A stretch of DNA of 50,610 nucleotides. Origin: a virus. Its lineage: Duplodnaviria > Caudoviricetes. The number at the start of each line of letters is the position of its first letter. Position 1 is the stretch's first letter. Below, piece after piece: positions 1 through 8,645 of this stretch. The translations under genes and the position numbers were made by a program. The notes beneath the pieces are model-generated. The model was given only the letters and a program-made list of their open reading frames with translations, ran no database searches and had not been told where the DNA came from. The stretch lies in IMG/VR virus record IMGVR_UViG_3300037258_000793, positions 1 through 50,610 of that record, one strand, 5' to 3'.

Positions 1-1334
1 GACGCGCCCTCGGCCGGACCGGACGCCAACTGCGGCTGGCGCCACATCGCCAACGTCCGCAGCGTGCCCAACTCCGGCTCGTCCAGCTCGCCGGTCCGGT
101 CCCCGATCAGGGCGCACACCTGCGCCAGCTCACGCGGCGAGGCGGCCTCGAGGATCGCGCCGTAGAACATGCCGGCCAGCTCGGACGGCTCCGTCGTGAA
201 CTCCGGCTGCGGGCCGGGCGCCTGACCGGGCACCCGCACCGGGGCCGCGACCGGCCGCACCTGCGGCTCGTCGCCCACCTCGGCCTGCCCGCGCACCCGC
301 GCGATCAGGCCGTCACGCCGCCGGCCCAGCTCGTCGATCGCCGTCATGGCGTCCTGCAGCGTCAACTCGTTCGCACTGGCGATCGGCCGGCCGAGGATGG
401 CCGCGAGCACGCCGTGTTTCTCGTCGCCCGACCAGCCTTTCATCATCGCCTGGAGTTTGCGCATCTGCGGCTGCGAGGCGGGAGCGCCGCGGCCGGCGGT
501 GGGCGAGGGGCGGTCCGGGCGCGCGTCGTCCCACGGCTCACGCTGCGCCTGCCGCTCGACCTCGTCGGGCGGCAGCTCCTCGTCCTGCGGCGCGATCTCC
601 TCGGCGTCGGTCGGCTCGGCCGGGCCGACCGCGAACTCGTCATCCGGATCCGCCTGCCGGGAGCGTCGAGCCTTACGCTCCACCGCCTCCGCCACCTGCT
701 GCGGCGAAACGACGACCGGCGCCCGGTCGCGCGCGTCGGCCTGCTCCATCTCCTCCGCGGTGTAGATCCCGCCAAGGTCCTGCGGGAACGCCTTGCGCAG
801 GGCGAGCGCTTCCGCGCACTTGGCGAGCATCGTGGCGGGCATCTTGCGCCACATCGGCGTCGGCTGCCCGCTCTTCGTCATCGCCACGTACTCCGCGAGC
901 GTGGCCACCGCCGGGAAAGTGTGGCCGTCCCGATGAACGGTCACCTTCGCTGCGCGCGGGGGCGCTTCCTCGAGCCAGACGTCACGCCACATGCCGTCCG
1001 GGCCGCACCACAGCGTGTCCGCGTACGAGAGCTGCACGCGGTCCCGGTTCGCCGCGCGGTGCGCCACCACCCGGTAGCCGTCGATGCCGGTCTGCGAGCG
1101 GAAGATCTCCCGCTGCGCCCGGCCGTCCCAGCGGCCGATCAGATAGATCTGCCGGGTGAACGGGTCGAGCTGCGTGCGCTGCGACTCGTGCAGGAACGCG
1201 GTCAGTTCGGCTTGGCTGACCTGCTCGCTGACGCCGACGGAGTGCAGGACGGCGAGCTGCTGCTCGGTCCATGCGGTCTGCTCGGCGCCGACGGCCAGCG
1301 CGCCGCCTGTCCGGACTTCGATCTCAGTGCTCAC
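1..1334 (-). CDS. bet: Phage recombination protein Bet/RecT-family single-strand annealing protein (runs off window start; absent from the ORF track)
   Basis: Manual translation from GTG 1334: MSTEIEVRTGG...FLHESQRTQLDPFTRQIYLI...QTGIDGYRVVAHR...MWRKMPATMLAKCAEALALRKAFPQDLGGIYTAEEM, the Bet signature; frame open to position 1. Confidence 0.9.
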   Translation of the reverse strand, partial: MSTEIEVRTGGALAVGAEQTAWTEQQLAVLHSVGVSEQVSQAELTAFLHESQRTQLDPFTRQIYLIGRWDGRAQREIFRSQTGIDGYRVVAHRAANRDRVQLSYADTLWCGPDGMWRDVWLEEAPPRAAKVTVHRDGHTFPAVATLAEYVAMTKSGQPTPMWRKMPATMLAKCAEALALRKAFPQDLGGIYTAEEMEQADARDRAPVVVSPQQVAEAVERKARRSRQADPDDEFAVGPAEPTDAEEIAPQDEELPPDEVERQAQREPWDDARPDRPSPTAGRGAPASQPQMRKLQAMMKGWSGDEKHGVLAAILGRPIASANELTLQDAMTAIDELGRRRDGLIARVRGQAEVGDEPQVRPVAAPVRVPGQAPGPQPEFTTEPSELAGMFYGAILEAASPRELAQVCALIGDRTGELDEPELGTLRTLAMWRQPQLASGPAEGA

Positions 1335-1674
1335 CGTCGACCCCCGGGCCGCTGGTCTCGCCAAGCAGGACCTCGGTCAGCGACGCCGTCTCCAGCGCCC
1401 GCAGCGACGCACGCGTCTGCGCGTCCGCGATCGCCCACACCTGATCCGGCGTACGCAGCCACACCCGGGCCGACCCGGCCGCGGTGAGCAGCACGCCACC
1501 ACTGCACGCCACCGCCCACCGGCCGTCCGCCAGCGCCCACGACAGCTCCACGTCCAGCCAGCGGGACGCGAGGCGCACCTGGCCGCCGCGCCTCGCCTCG
1601 CGCACCGGACGCCACTGGCCGATCGCGGGCGAGAAGCCGTCGTCCAGGACGGGACGGCAATCCAAGGTCGTCAC
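1324..1674 (-). CDS. Hypothetical protein
   Basis: GTG 1674 overlaps the upstream stop (GTGA); fits the tightly packed early operon. Confidence 0.55.
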   Translation of the reverse strand: MTTLDCRPVLDDGFSPAIGQWRPVREARRGGQVRLASRWLDVELSWALADGRWAVACSGGVLLTAAGSARVWLRTPDQVWAIADAQTRASLRALETASLTEVLLGETSGPGVDGEH

Positions 1675-2390
1675 GAGGTCGCCTCCGTGCGGCGCCCCAG
1701 CGCCGCGTCGATCGCGATGCACGGCTGGCAGGTGGCCTGCTCGGCGTCGACCACCGCGTCCGGGTGCACGCCGCGCAGGTTGCAGCTGGTGGTGAAGGTG
1801 CCGTCCGGCTCGAGCGACGCGGCGGCGTGCAGGATCGGCATGTCGTATCCGTCGCCACCGCCGTCGTCGCGCTCGCCCCGCGCCTCGGCGGGCACGTCGA
1901 CCGGGGCGGGCGCCGGCTGGATGACGAACTCGCGGTTGACCGCGCCGTCAGCGGTGCCCTCGAACGCATCCACGCAGGAGAAGCCGCTGTTCGGCCGGAT
2001 CTGCGCGCCCGGCATGGACGCGGGCAGCGCCTCGATCAGGAGCTGGCCGTCCGGAACGTCCAGCATCCGCACGGTGATGTTGGTGTACCTGTAGCCGCCG
2101 GACCATGTGCTCTCCAGGTCCTCGGCCATTTCCCGCAGCGCCTGCGCGATCCGGGCGGTGCCCTGCAGGGGCGCCGGGTCGGCGTACTGCTCGGTGTGCT
2201 CCGGGTCGATCTGCCGCAGCAGCTGCCGCAGCTCGGCCGCCCGCGCCTCGCGCACCTCCGCGTGCTCCTGGTACTTGCGCGCGTTGTCCAGCTGGCCGCT
2301 CTCCTCTTCGCGGCTCTCGGCTGCGGCCTGCTCGGCCGCGCGCAGCTCGCCGCGCAGCATGCTCAGGAGGTCGTCGCTGTACTCGCTCAT
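1671..2390 (-). CDS. Hypothetical protein, N-terminal coiled coil, C-terminal Cys motif (TCQPC)
   Basis: ATG 2390 overlaps the upstream stop (ATGA); MSEYSDDLLSMLRGELRAAEQ. Confidence 0.7.
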   Translation of the reverse strand: MSEYSDDLLSMLRGELRAAEQAAAESREEESGQLDNARKYQEHAEVREARAAELRQLLRQIDPEHTEQYADPAPLQGTARIAQALREMAEDLESTWSGGYRYTNITVRMLDVPDGQLLIEALPASMPGAQIRPNSGFSCVDAFEGTADGAVNREFVIQPAPAPVDVPAEARGERDDGGGDGYDMPILHAAASLEPDGTFTTSCNLRGVHPDAVVDAEQATCQPCIAIDAALGRRTEATS

Positions 2391-3106
2391 CGGGCCACCG
2401 CCGTGGCCTGCTCGGCGTGCTGCGCCAGCTCGGCCGCGTACTGCCACTGCGCGTGCGCCGCGACGGTGTCGGCGTGCGCGGCGGCCAGCGCCGCGACCCG
2501 CTCATCGATGAGCCGGGCACGCTCGTCGTTCTCCCGCGCCGCGTTCGCCGCGTCCTGGTGCAGGATCATCGTGCGGCCGTGCGCGGTGTTCAGGTCCTCC
2601 CACATGCGCGTGTACAGGGCGCGCATCCGGGCCTGCCCGGTCGGCAGGACCTGAGGGGGCACGTGCCGCGGGACCCGCTTGACCAGGGGTGCGGGCGGCC
2701 GGACCACCGGCAGCGCCGCAGGGAGCGCCGGGGGGCGGGGCGGGCCCAGGACGGCGAGGGTGACGGTGTCCTCGGTGCGGTCCACGACGCGCACCCGCGG
2801 CAGGTGCGGGACCGCGGCCGGGGCCAGGCCCTCGTGGACGGCGGGGAGCGGGGCGGCCTGCTGCACGATCCCGTCGAAGGGGCGTGCCGGGGTGCCGAGC
2901 CGCAGCGCGTCCATCGCCTCGGCGACGCGCTCGCGCGACGGGATCGGCAGCGGCATGGTCGTGGCGGCCGCCGACTGCCGCGCGGCCAGGTCGGGGTTCG
3001 GCCGGACCTCGACGTGCGGCTGCTGCGCCCGCAGCGGGCCGGCCCAGGCCGCGAACTCGCTGGGGTCCGGTGCGCGGTGGCGGCCGGGGTTACGATGGAA
3101 TCTCAC
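2387..3106 (-). CDS. Hypothetical Pro-rich protein with C-terminal coiled coil
   Basis: RBS-like GAGGTG upstream of GTG 3106; operon continuity. Confidence 0.65.
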   Translation of the reverse strand: MRFHRNPGRHRAPDPSEFAAWAGPLRAQQPHVEVRPNPDLAARQSAAATTMPLPIPSRERVAEAMDALRLGTPARPFDGIVQQAAPLPAVHEGLAPAAVPHLPRVRVVDRTEDTVTLAVLGPPRPPALPAALPVVRPPAPLVKRVPRHVPPQVLPTGQARMRALYTRMWEDLNTAHGRTMILHQDAANAARENDERARLIDERVAALAAAHADTVAAHAQWQYAAELAQHAEQATAVAR

Positions 3107-3149
3107 GATCTCTCACCTCTCGTGTGGTGCTCAGGTGGATGGGGTCGGT

Positions 3150-3177
3150 GCGGCCGTCCCGGGCATGGGACGGCCGC
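3150..3177. terminator. GC-rich hairpin after the xis-like gene
   Basis: GCGGCCGTCCC-gggcat-GGGACGGCCGC, perfect 11-bp stem. Confidence 0.5.
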
Positions 3178-3183
3178 GGTGTT

Positions 3184-3465
3184 TCACCGGCGCTTGTTGC
3201 GCGCGGGGCTGCGCAGCACCTCGACGATCTCGGCCAGGTCGCGCTCGGAGAACGCGATCGTTTTGCCGAGCCGGGTGCACGGGATGCGCGAGGCGCGCAC
3301 CTGGTCCTTGAGCCAGTTCGCCGACTTGATCGGCCGGCCGTGCTTGTCCACGCCGAGACGCGGCGCAGCCTGCTCCGGCGTGTACGTGTAGACCGGGAGC
3401 TGGGGGGCCTCGTCGTGGGCGCGCGGGGAGCGCTCGGCCGGGGTCGTGTCCTCGAAGGTGCTCAC
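3184..3465 (-). CDS. Excisionase-like / MerR-type HTH DNA-binding protein
   Basis: YTPEQAAPRLG...WLKDQVRASRIPCTRLGKTIAFSERDL pattern; located just downstream of Cro. Confidence 0.7.
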   Translation of the reverse strand: MSTFEDTTPAERSPRAHDEAPQLPVYTYTPEQAAPRLGVDKHGRPIKSANWLKDQVRASRIPCTRLGKTIAFSERDLAEIVEVLRSPARNKRR

Positions 3466-3716
3466 GCCGACTGCTCTTTCACGTCCGCCATGAGCTGGGT
3501 GCGGTCGGTGATGCCGAGCGCGTCGCAGATCCGGGCAAAGGCGGCCGGGCTGATGGTGGGGCGCGCGCCCGACTCGATCAGGCTGACGTAGCCCAAACTC
3601 AGGCCGCAGTGCTTGGCGAACTCCGTCAGGTTTTCGCCGCGGATCTGGCGCCGCCTGCGCAGCTCAGTGGCATTGACCGCCACGTTCGGCGAGGTTCGCT
3701 GCTCTGTGTCTGCCAT
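3462..3716 (-). CDS. Cro-like XRE-family HTH regulator
   Basis: LRRRRQIRGENLTEFAKHCGLSLGYVSLIESG; divergent from the repressor; probably leaderless ATG 3716. Confidence 0.85.
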   Translation of the reverse strand: MADTEQRTSPNVAVNATELRRRRQIRGENLTEFAKHCGLSLGYVSLIESGARPTISPAAFARICDALGITDRTQLMADVKEQSA

Positions 3717-3825
3717 GCAACAGACTTTACGACTTTTTACTACTTCATGCAACAGAGGCGCTAAAACTCAATACGACTCGTGACCTGCACTGGACATGAC
3801 AAAACTTCACAGGAATGATCAAAAC
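3717..3825. promoter_or_regulatory. Divergent lysis/lysogeny promoter-operator region
   Basis: AT-rich gap between two divergent XRE genes, with repeats TTACGACTT/TTACTACTT/ATACGACTC and ATGACAAAAC/ATGATCAAAAC. Confidence 0.65.
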
Positions 3826-4215
3826 ATGCCTAATACCGGCCAAGACCTCGCCGGCGCGATGACGGCACGACGCATCGAACTCGGCCTGAGCCAGAGCGCG
3901 GCCGCCCGCAGCGCAGGCGTCAGCCGACCCACCTGGGCCGGCTGGGAGAACACCACCAAGCCGTACGACAGCAACTACGCCGCCATCGAGCGCGTACTGC
4001 AATGGGAGCGCGGCAGCGTCAGCGCCGTGCTCGCCGGCCACGACCCCACCGCGCGCCGAGACGAAGCCTCCCCGTCCGGCTACGGGATCGACCCGGACGA
4101 GTGGGCGCGCTGGGACCCCATCGACCGGGAGATGGTCCTGAACGCCATCAAGGTCGCCCGCGCCCGCGCCGCACAGAATCCCCCGAATGAGCGAACGCGT
4201 AAACACGCGGGGTGA
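3826..4215 (+). CDS. Immunity repressor, XRE-family HTH (alternative start 3796)
   Basis: MTARRIELGLSQSAAARSAGVSRPTWAGWE...IERVLQWERGSV; upstream of the integrase. Confidence 0.85.
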   Translation: MPNTGQDLAGAMTARRIELGLSQSAAARSAGVSRPTWAGWENTTKPYDSNYAAIERVLQWERGSVSAVLAGHDPTARRDEASPSGYGIDPDEWARWDPIDREMVLNAIKVARARAAQNPPNERTRKHAG

Positions 4216-4904
4216 GTAATGTACAGAGGATGGATGTCCTACTCGCCGTCCTGGGCGCCACTGTCGCCGCCCTCACGGTCGGCGCCGTCCTCGGCGCCCG
4301 CCAGATACGCCAGATACGCCGGCGCCTGGACGCCCACGCCCGCGCCGTCGCGATCCTCGCCGCACACGAGCCGGACGTGGAACTGTCCCCCGACGCGGAG
4401 CCGCCCCCGACGCTGCGCATCCTGCAAGGCGGCCGCGGCGCGATCGCCCTGGCCCCGCTGCTGCTGCTGCGCACCCACCGGGCCGTGCGCGCCGCCGTGG
4501 CCCTGGCCGCCGGCGCCGGGCTGGCCGCGAGCCTGCTCGTGATAACCGCGCACCCCCCGGGCGCACCGGCCACCGTCCACGCCGCGGGCGTCCCGGGCGC
4601 ACCGCCCTCCCGCGTCCACCCCCACCAGTTGCTGCCCACCGCCGCGGTCCCGGCACCGCGGCCGCCGAGCACGCCGGCCGCCCTCACACCCGCGCCGCCG
4701 ACGAGCGTTCCCGCCGTCGTGCCGGCCAGCGCGACCCCGACGATCGCAGCCCCCTCGACCGCGCCCACGTCCACAGCGCCGACCGTCCCCGGCACCACAC
4801 CGGCGCCGGCCGTACCGCCGTACCCCAGCCACTCCGCACGATGCCTGCTCGACGTCCGCCTCGGCAGCGCGCCGCTAGCCCTCGCCGTGACAATCTGCGC
4901 ATAA
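4212..4904 (+). CDS. Membrane-anchored Pro/Ala/Thr-rich protein
   Basis: Two hydrophobic segments followed by a long PAT-rich tail; GTG overlaps the repressor stop. Confidence 0.6.
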   Translation: MSNVQRMDVLLAVLGATVAALTVGAVLGARQIRQIRRRLDAHARAVAILAAHEPDVELSPDAEPPPTLRILQGGRGAIALAPLLLLRTHRAVRAAVALAAGAGLAASLLVITAHPPGAPATVHAAGVPGAPPSRVHPHQLLPTAAVPAPRPPSTPAALTPAPPTSVPAVVPASATPTIAAPSTAPTSTAPTVPGTTPAPAVPPYPSHSARCLLDVRLGSAPLALAVTICA

Positions 4905-4929
4905 GCCACCCCGAAGGAGCCACATCCAC

Positions 4930-6171
4930 ATGGCATTCGCCGAGAAGCGCGGCCGCACGTGGCGCGGCCGGTACCTGAGACCAGACGGCACCTACGGCTC
5001 CCTCCCGGGCTTCGACACCAAGAACGCAGCCCTCGAAGCCGCCAACGACGAGGAGTCCGCCGTACGCAAACGCACCTGGACGGATCCGAAGCGCAGCCAG
5101 ATCACGCTCGACGACTACTGGACCGAGTGGATCGACGCCCAGGACGTCTCGAAGTCAACGGGGGCCCGGTACTCGTCGTACTACCGCAACCACCTCTCAC
5201 CCTGGAAGGGCGCCGAGGAGATCGGCGCCATCACCGCCCTCCAAGTCGACGCCCTCAAGCGCAAGATGCGCGTAGCCGGCCGGGCCACCGCCACAATCGA
5301 CGGCGTGATCCTCCTGCTCGGCCGGATGCTCAGCGACGCCGTCTACGACAACCGGCTGCCCAGCACGCCGGTGCGGCCGAAGGGGCGCCGGGGCCAGCGC
5401 GAGGGCGACAACGCCGCCAAGCGCAAGGGCATTGCGATCAGCCTCAGTGCGCTGCTGGCGATATGCGGGCGCCTGCCGCGGCCCGAGGCGCTGCTGGCGC
5501 TGGCGACCGCGTTCACCGGGATGCGCTGGGGCGAGGCGGCCGGGATGCGCCGCAGCTTCCTGTTCCTCTACCCGGCCGACGGCGAGATGCCCGCGTACGG
5601 CTGGTACGTCGTCGACAAGAAGATCGGGGCCCTGCACGAGGGTGACAAGCCCGAGGGCCCGCAGGACGACGACGATGACGACAGCGGCACGCTGTGGTTC
5701 GGACCGCCGAAGGACCGCGAGGAACGGATCATCGACTTGCCGATCTTCCTGGTCGAGCTGCTGCTCGCCTACATGGCCACCCTCCCGGCCGCGCAGGACC
5801 TGCTGTTCCCCACCACCAGCGGCGAGGGCTACCGACGCTCGAACTTCGCGCGCGCACTGTGGCGCCCGGCGTGCGACGGCTGGCCGGCCCGCTCGCCGCG
5901 GCGCGGGCACCCCGGGCTCGCCGAGGCGCCCCCGATCGTCGCGACGCTGCGGTTCCACGACCTGCGACACACGCACGAGACGTGGATGAGCGAGGACCAC
6001 ATCCCGAGGGTCGCCCGCGATGCCCGGCTCGGCCACGTCACGCCGGGCATCGAGGGCACGTACAACCACGTCACGCCGGAGATGAAGATCCAGGTCATGG
6101 AGGCGTTGGAGAAGCGGTGGGCCGCGGTCAGCGCGTGGCCGCACGCCTGGATGGGGGCGCCTCCTAGTTGA
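4930..6171 (+). CDS. int: Tyrosine integrase
   Basis: N-terminal arm-binding domain (MAFAEKRGRTWRGRY); catalytic motifs TGMRWGE, FHDLRH, LGH, TYNH; RBS AAGGAG. Confidence 0.96.
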   Translation: MAFAEKRGRTWRGRYLRPDGTYGSLPGFDTKNAALEAANDEESAVRKRTWTDPKRSQITLDDYWTEWIDAQDVSKSTGARYSSYYRNHLSPWKGAEEIGAITALQVDALKRKMRVAGRATATIDGVILLLGRMLSDAVYDNRLPSTPVRPKGRRGQREGDNAAKRKGIAISLSALLAICGRLPRPEALLALATAFTGMRWGEAAGMRRSFLFLYPADGEMPAYGWYVVDKKIGALHEGDKPEGPQDDDDDDSGTLWFGPPKDREERIIDLPIFLVELLLAYMATLPAAQDLLFPTTSGEGYRRSNFARALWRPACDGWPARSPRRGHPGLAEAPPIVATLRFHDLRHTHETWMSEDHIPRVARDARLGHVTPGIEGTYNHVTPEMKIQVMEALEKRWAAVSAWPHAWMGAPPS

Positions 6172-6195
6172 TCTCCCGTTTTCCTCCCAGTTGAT

Positions 6196-6237
6196 CATCA
6201 GGGCTCCCTCCGGAAGATCACGGAGGGGGCCCTGATG
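6196..6237. terminator. 17-bp stem-loop between the int stop and the att core
   Basis: CATCAGGGCTCCCTCCG-N8-CGGAGGGGGCCCTGATG, one wobble; would terminate the reconstituted tRNA and/or int. Confidence 0.75.
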
Positions 6238-6250
6238 CTGGTTACGGCAG

Positions 6251-6292
6251 TGGAGCCAGGGGGACTCGAACCCCCAACCCCTGCCTTGCAAA
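6251..6292 (-). other. attP: attP common core = 3' half of tRNA-Ala(TGC)
   Basis: Minus strand reads TTGCAAGGCAGGGGTTGGGGGTTCGAGTCCCCCTGGCTCCA (anticodon loop, T-arm, acceptor 3' strand); the 5' half of the tRNA is absent. Confidence 0.88.
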
Positions 6293-6362
6293 ATGTGGGT
6301 CACTGGTCTGTGGCCAGGGCGTTTGCGGCACTCCCCCGGTGACCAGGTAATTCATTGCCTTA

Positions 6363-6390
6363 CCGTCGAGTTCCGTCGAGTTCCGTCGAG
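6363..6390 (+). repeat. 10-bp tandem repeat (CCGTCGAGTT x2.8), candidate Xis/RDF binding array
   Basis: Seen directly in the attP arm; helical-turn period. Confidence 0.6.
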
Positions 6391-6479
6391 AAAAACAGGG
6401 GACCTTCCACAAGATCATCTCCCATTTCTCTCCCATCAGAATCCTGATTAAGTGGGACGTCAGCCTGCGCCTTAGCTGC

Positions 6480-7025
6480 TCAAGGCTGCGAGCCGGCCGC
6501 AGCGGCGCGCGTGTTGAACCACGCCACCCACTTGCGCAGGTGCTCGGCATCCGATCCATCCACGACCGTGACTCCCTCGAACCCAGTACCCGCGATCACG
6601 AGGAAGAGCCGCTTGTCCCGCTTCGGCACGGCGAGCGCGAACACGCCGAGGGCCGCTACCCGAGCAGCCGTCACGCGATCGCGGGCGTCCGCCGGCCGTT
6701 CCAGGGTGGCCCGGGCGCCGGCCAGCGGTCCGCGCGCCTCCCCGCCGAGCTCCGGATCGCCGACGGTCACCGTGCCGTCGTCGTTCAGGGTGATGCCGTA
6801 GTTCTCCTGCGCGGTGTAGCCCACGCGGCTGATGCGCTCCCGCTTGCGGTTCGAGATCCCCTCGCGGATGAGCTGCTCGGCCACTTCCGGCCGTTTCTCG
6901 TAGGCGATCCGGGCCAGCTCGGCGGCGTTGCGCTGGCGGGTGGCCTCGCGCTCCTTGGCGAACATCTCTTCCCGTTCGGCCCTGCGCTGGCCCCGCGCCT
7001 TCCTGCGCTCCTCACGGCTGAGCAT
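6480..7025 (-). CDS. Hypothetical membrane-associated protein next to attP
   Basis: RBS GGGGAGG; RVTAARVAALGVFALAVPKR motif typical of actinophage att-proximal proteins. Confidence 0.75.
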   Translation of the reverse strand: MLSREERRKARGQRRAEREEMFAKEREATRQRNAAELARIAYEKRPEVAEQLIREGISNRKRERISRVGYTAQENYGITLNDDGTVTVGDPELGGEARGPLAGARATLERPADARDRVTAARVAALGVFALAVPKRDKRLFLVIAGTGFEGVTVVDGSDAEHLRKWVAWFNTRAAAAGSQP

Positions 7026-7097
7026 GCTTCCTCCCCTGGGTGACGGTGTGCCAGCGCGCAGCGTAACCCCACGGGGATGATCGATGCAGCCGAACCG

Positions 7098-7856
7098 CTA
7101 TGCGCCGGGCCCGCGGGGGATCTGGTAGACCGGGCGCAGCGACGGCGGGATCACGATGTCCGCCGTCTCCAACGGCAGCTCGCCCTCCCAGTAGGTGCGC
7201 TCGATCAGCAGCGCCGGCGTTCCGGCCCGCAGGTGCAGCCGCTCGGCCTCAGGACCGGTCAGGGTCCGCGGGCTGATCTCCTCGGTCGCGTGCGTGTACG
7301 CGTGGCCGATCGCGTCCATCCGCTCCGCGACGCCCCGCCCGGCGTAGGGGCCGTCCTCCGGCAGCATCACCGCCGTACCGCCCGTGATCGCCAGGGGCTC
7401 CCAGCTGGTGGACAGGTACGTCGGGTCGCCGTCCGCGAGGAAGGTGTACTCGGTGCGCATCACCCGCTCGCCGGCCGCGATCCGCAGGCGCTCGGCGAGC
7501 GCCGGACGCGCCGGTACGGGCTCAGAGCGCGACCGCCACGCCCCCGTGCGCCCCTGCGCCGCCATGTCCGCCTGCCACGGCGAGCCGCCGACCGGATCCA
7601 CATACCAGGACCGTGTCATCCGGCGTACTGCGGGCCGGTCGCGCACCACTGTCGCCGTCCCTGGCCGGCTGACGGTGAGGCCTTCGTTGAGCAGGACTTT
7701 CGTGGCCTCATACGCGGTGCGGTCCGACACGCCGTACCGGCCGGAGAGCTCTGCGATGGTGGGCAGGCGCGAGCCGGGCGCGAGCGTGCCGTCCAGGATC
7801 TGCCGGCGTAGCTCGTCGGCGATACGCAGGTACGCGGGCGTCGGGATCGCTCTCAC
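7098..7856 (-). CDS. GntR-family regulator with UTRA domain (HutC subfamily, Kor-like)
   Basis: PAYLRIADELRRQILDGTLAPGSRLPTIAELSGRYGVS wHTH plus C-terminal UTRA (LIERTYW...LETADIV). Confidence 0.93.
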   Translation of the reverse strand: MRAIPTPAYLRIADELRRQILDGTLAPGSRLPTIAELSGRYGVSDRTAYEATKVLLNEGLTVSRPGTATVVRDRPAVRRMTRSWYVDPVGGSPWQADMAAQGRTGAWRSRSEPVPARPALAERLRIAAGERVMRTEYTFLADGDPTYLSTSWEPLAITGGTAVMLPEDGPYAGRGVAERMDAIGHAYTHATEEISPRTLTGPEAERLHLRAGTPALLIERTYWEGELPLETADIVIPPSLRPVYQIPRGPGA

Positions 7857-7894
7857 CCCTACACGTGAATCAGCGGCGACTTTTCCCGAACAGC

Positions 7895-7934
7895 TTGACC
7901 CGCTCTGTACAAAGCCGCAAGCTCTGTACAGAGC
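7895..7934. promoter_or_regulatory. Tandem GntR-type operators overlapping a divergent promoter
   Basis: GCTCTGTACAAAGC (7902-7915) and the perfect palindrome GCTCTGTACAGAGC (7921-7934); TTGACC -35-like hexamer at 7895. Confidence 0.8.
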
Positions 7935-7973
7935 AGAGCATTGCCTATCCGGCTCACCCCATGGGGACCCGTC

Positions 7974-8372
7974 ATGCCCGACGCCATCACCCTACCCGCC
8001 CGGCCCCAGCTCGTGGCCGCCGTCCGCCGCCTCGTCGCCGGACTGCTGGACGACTGCCCGCGCGCCGACGACGCGGTCCTGGTCGCCTCCGAATACGCCT
8101 CCAACGCGCTGCGGCACTCCGCCTCGAGGGACGGCGGCGTGATCCGTCTGGTCGTCGAGCAGGGCGACGGGTGGGCGCGCCTGCAACTGACCGACGCCGG
8201 ACAGGCCGCCACCGCGTATCCGGTCGAGCGCGACGACGCCGACGAGTACGGACGCGGCCTGATGATCGTTGACGCCGTCGCGGACAAGTGGGGCCACACC
8301 CGGGAGCTGGACGAGTCGGTGCACTGGGCCGAATTCACCTGGCAGACGGAGGAGTGCGATGGAGATCAGTGA
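7974..8372 (+). CDS. HATPase_c (RsbW/anti-sigma-like) ATP-binding protein
   Basis: VLVASEYASNALRHS N-box, LTDAG G1-box, EYGRGLMIVDAVADKWG G2-box. Confidence 0.9.
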   Translation: MPDAITLPARPQLVAAVRRLVAGLLDDCPRADDAVLVASEYASNALRHSASRDGGVIRLVVEQGDGWARLQLTDAGQAATAYPVERDDADEYGRGLMIVDAVADKWGHTRELDESVHWAEFTWQTEECDGDQ

Positions 8373-8553
8373 GCTGGACCTGGACCGCGAGTACGAGCGG
8401 TTGCGCCGCATCCTGCTGATGCTCGACATCCAGATCGACAGCGAGGGACTGCGCCTGTGGCACGAGCGCGTCGCAGAAGGGCACCCGCCGTTCCCGGTCA
8501 AGGCGCTCGGCGAGCTGGAGGCGTGGGCCGCCGCGATCCTGGACCGCGACTAA
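8359..8553 (+). CDS. Small hypothetical protein
   Basis: RBS GGAGG before ATG 8359; MEISELDLDREYERLRRIL. Confidence 0.7.
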   Translation: MEISELDLDREYERLRRILLMLDIQIDSEGLRLWHERVAEGHPPFPVKALGELEAWAAAILDRD

Positions 8554-8645
8554 AAGCCGCGGCCCCCGGCGATCAGGGCGCGCCGGGGACCGCGCCGCCG
8601 CGCCGGGCCCACGGCGCCCCCCGACCCGAAGGAGTACACCGCATC

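Larger units (their letters stand above)
6161..6436. repeat. Putative Int arm-type sites (CTCCC-containing direct repeats about 11 bp apart on both sides of the att core)
   Basis: ATCTCCCGTTTTCCTCCCA at 6171-6189 versus ATCTCCCATTTCTCTCCCA at 6417-6435; CTCCTAGTTGATC 6161 versus CTCCCAGTTGATC 6184. Confidence 0.6.

Noticed and set aside
414-1487. 357-aa plus-strand ORF at the window start
   Set aside because: Antisense to the Bet ORF, which has clear family motifs but was missed by the track because it runs off the edge.
5664-5682. GAC triplet run in the integrase as a contingency repeat
   Set aside because: Short in-frame poly-Asp loop, interrupted by GAT; no evidence of phase variation.
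6251-6330. Complete tRNA-Ala gene
   Set aside because: Only the anticodon loop to the 3' end is present; upstream sequence cannot form the 5' anticodon strand, D-arm or acceptor, so it is an att core.
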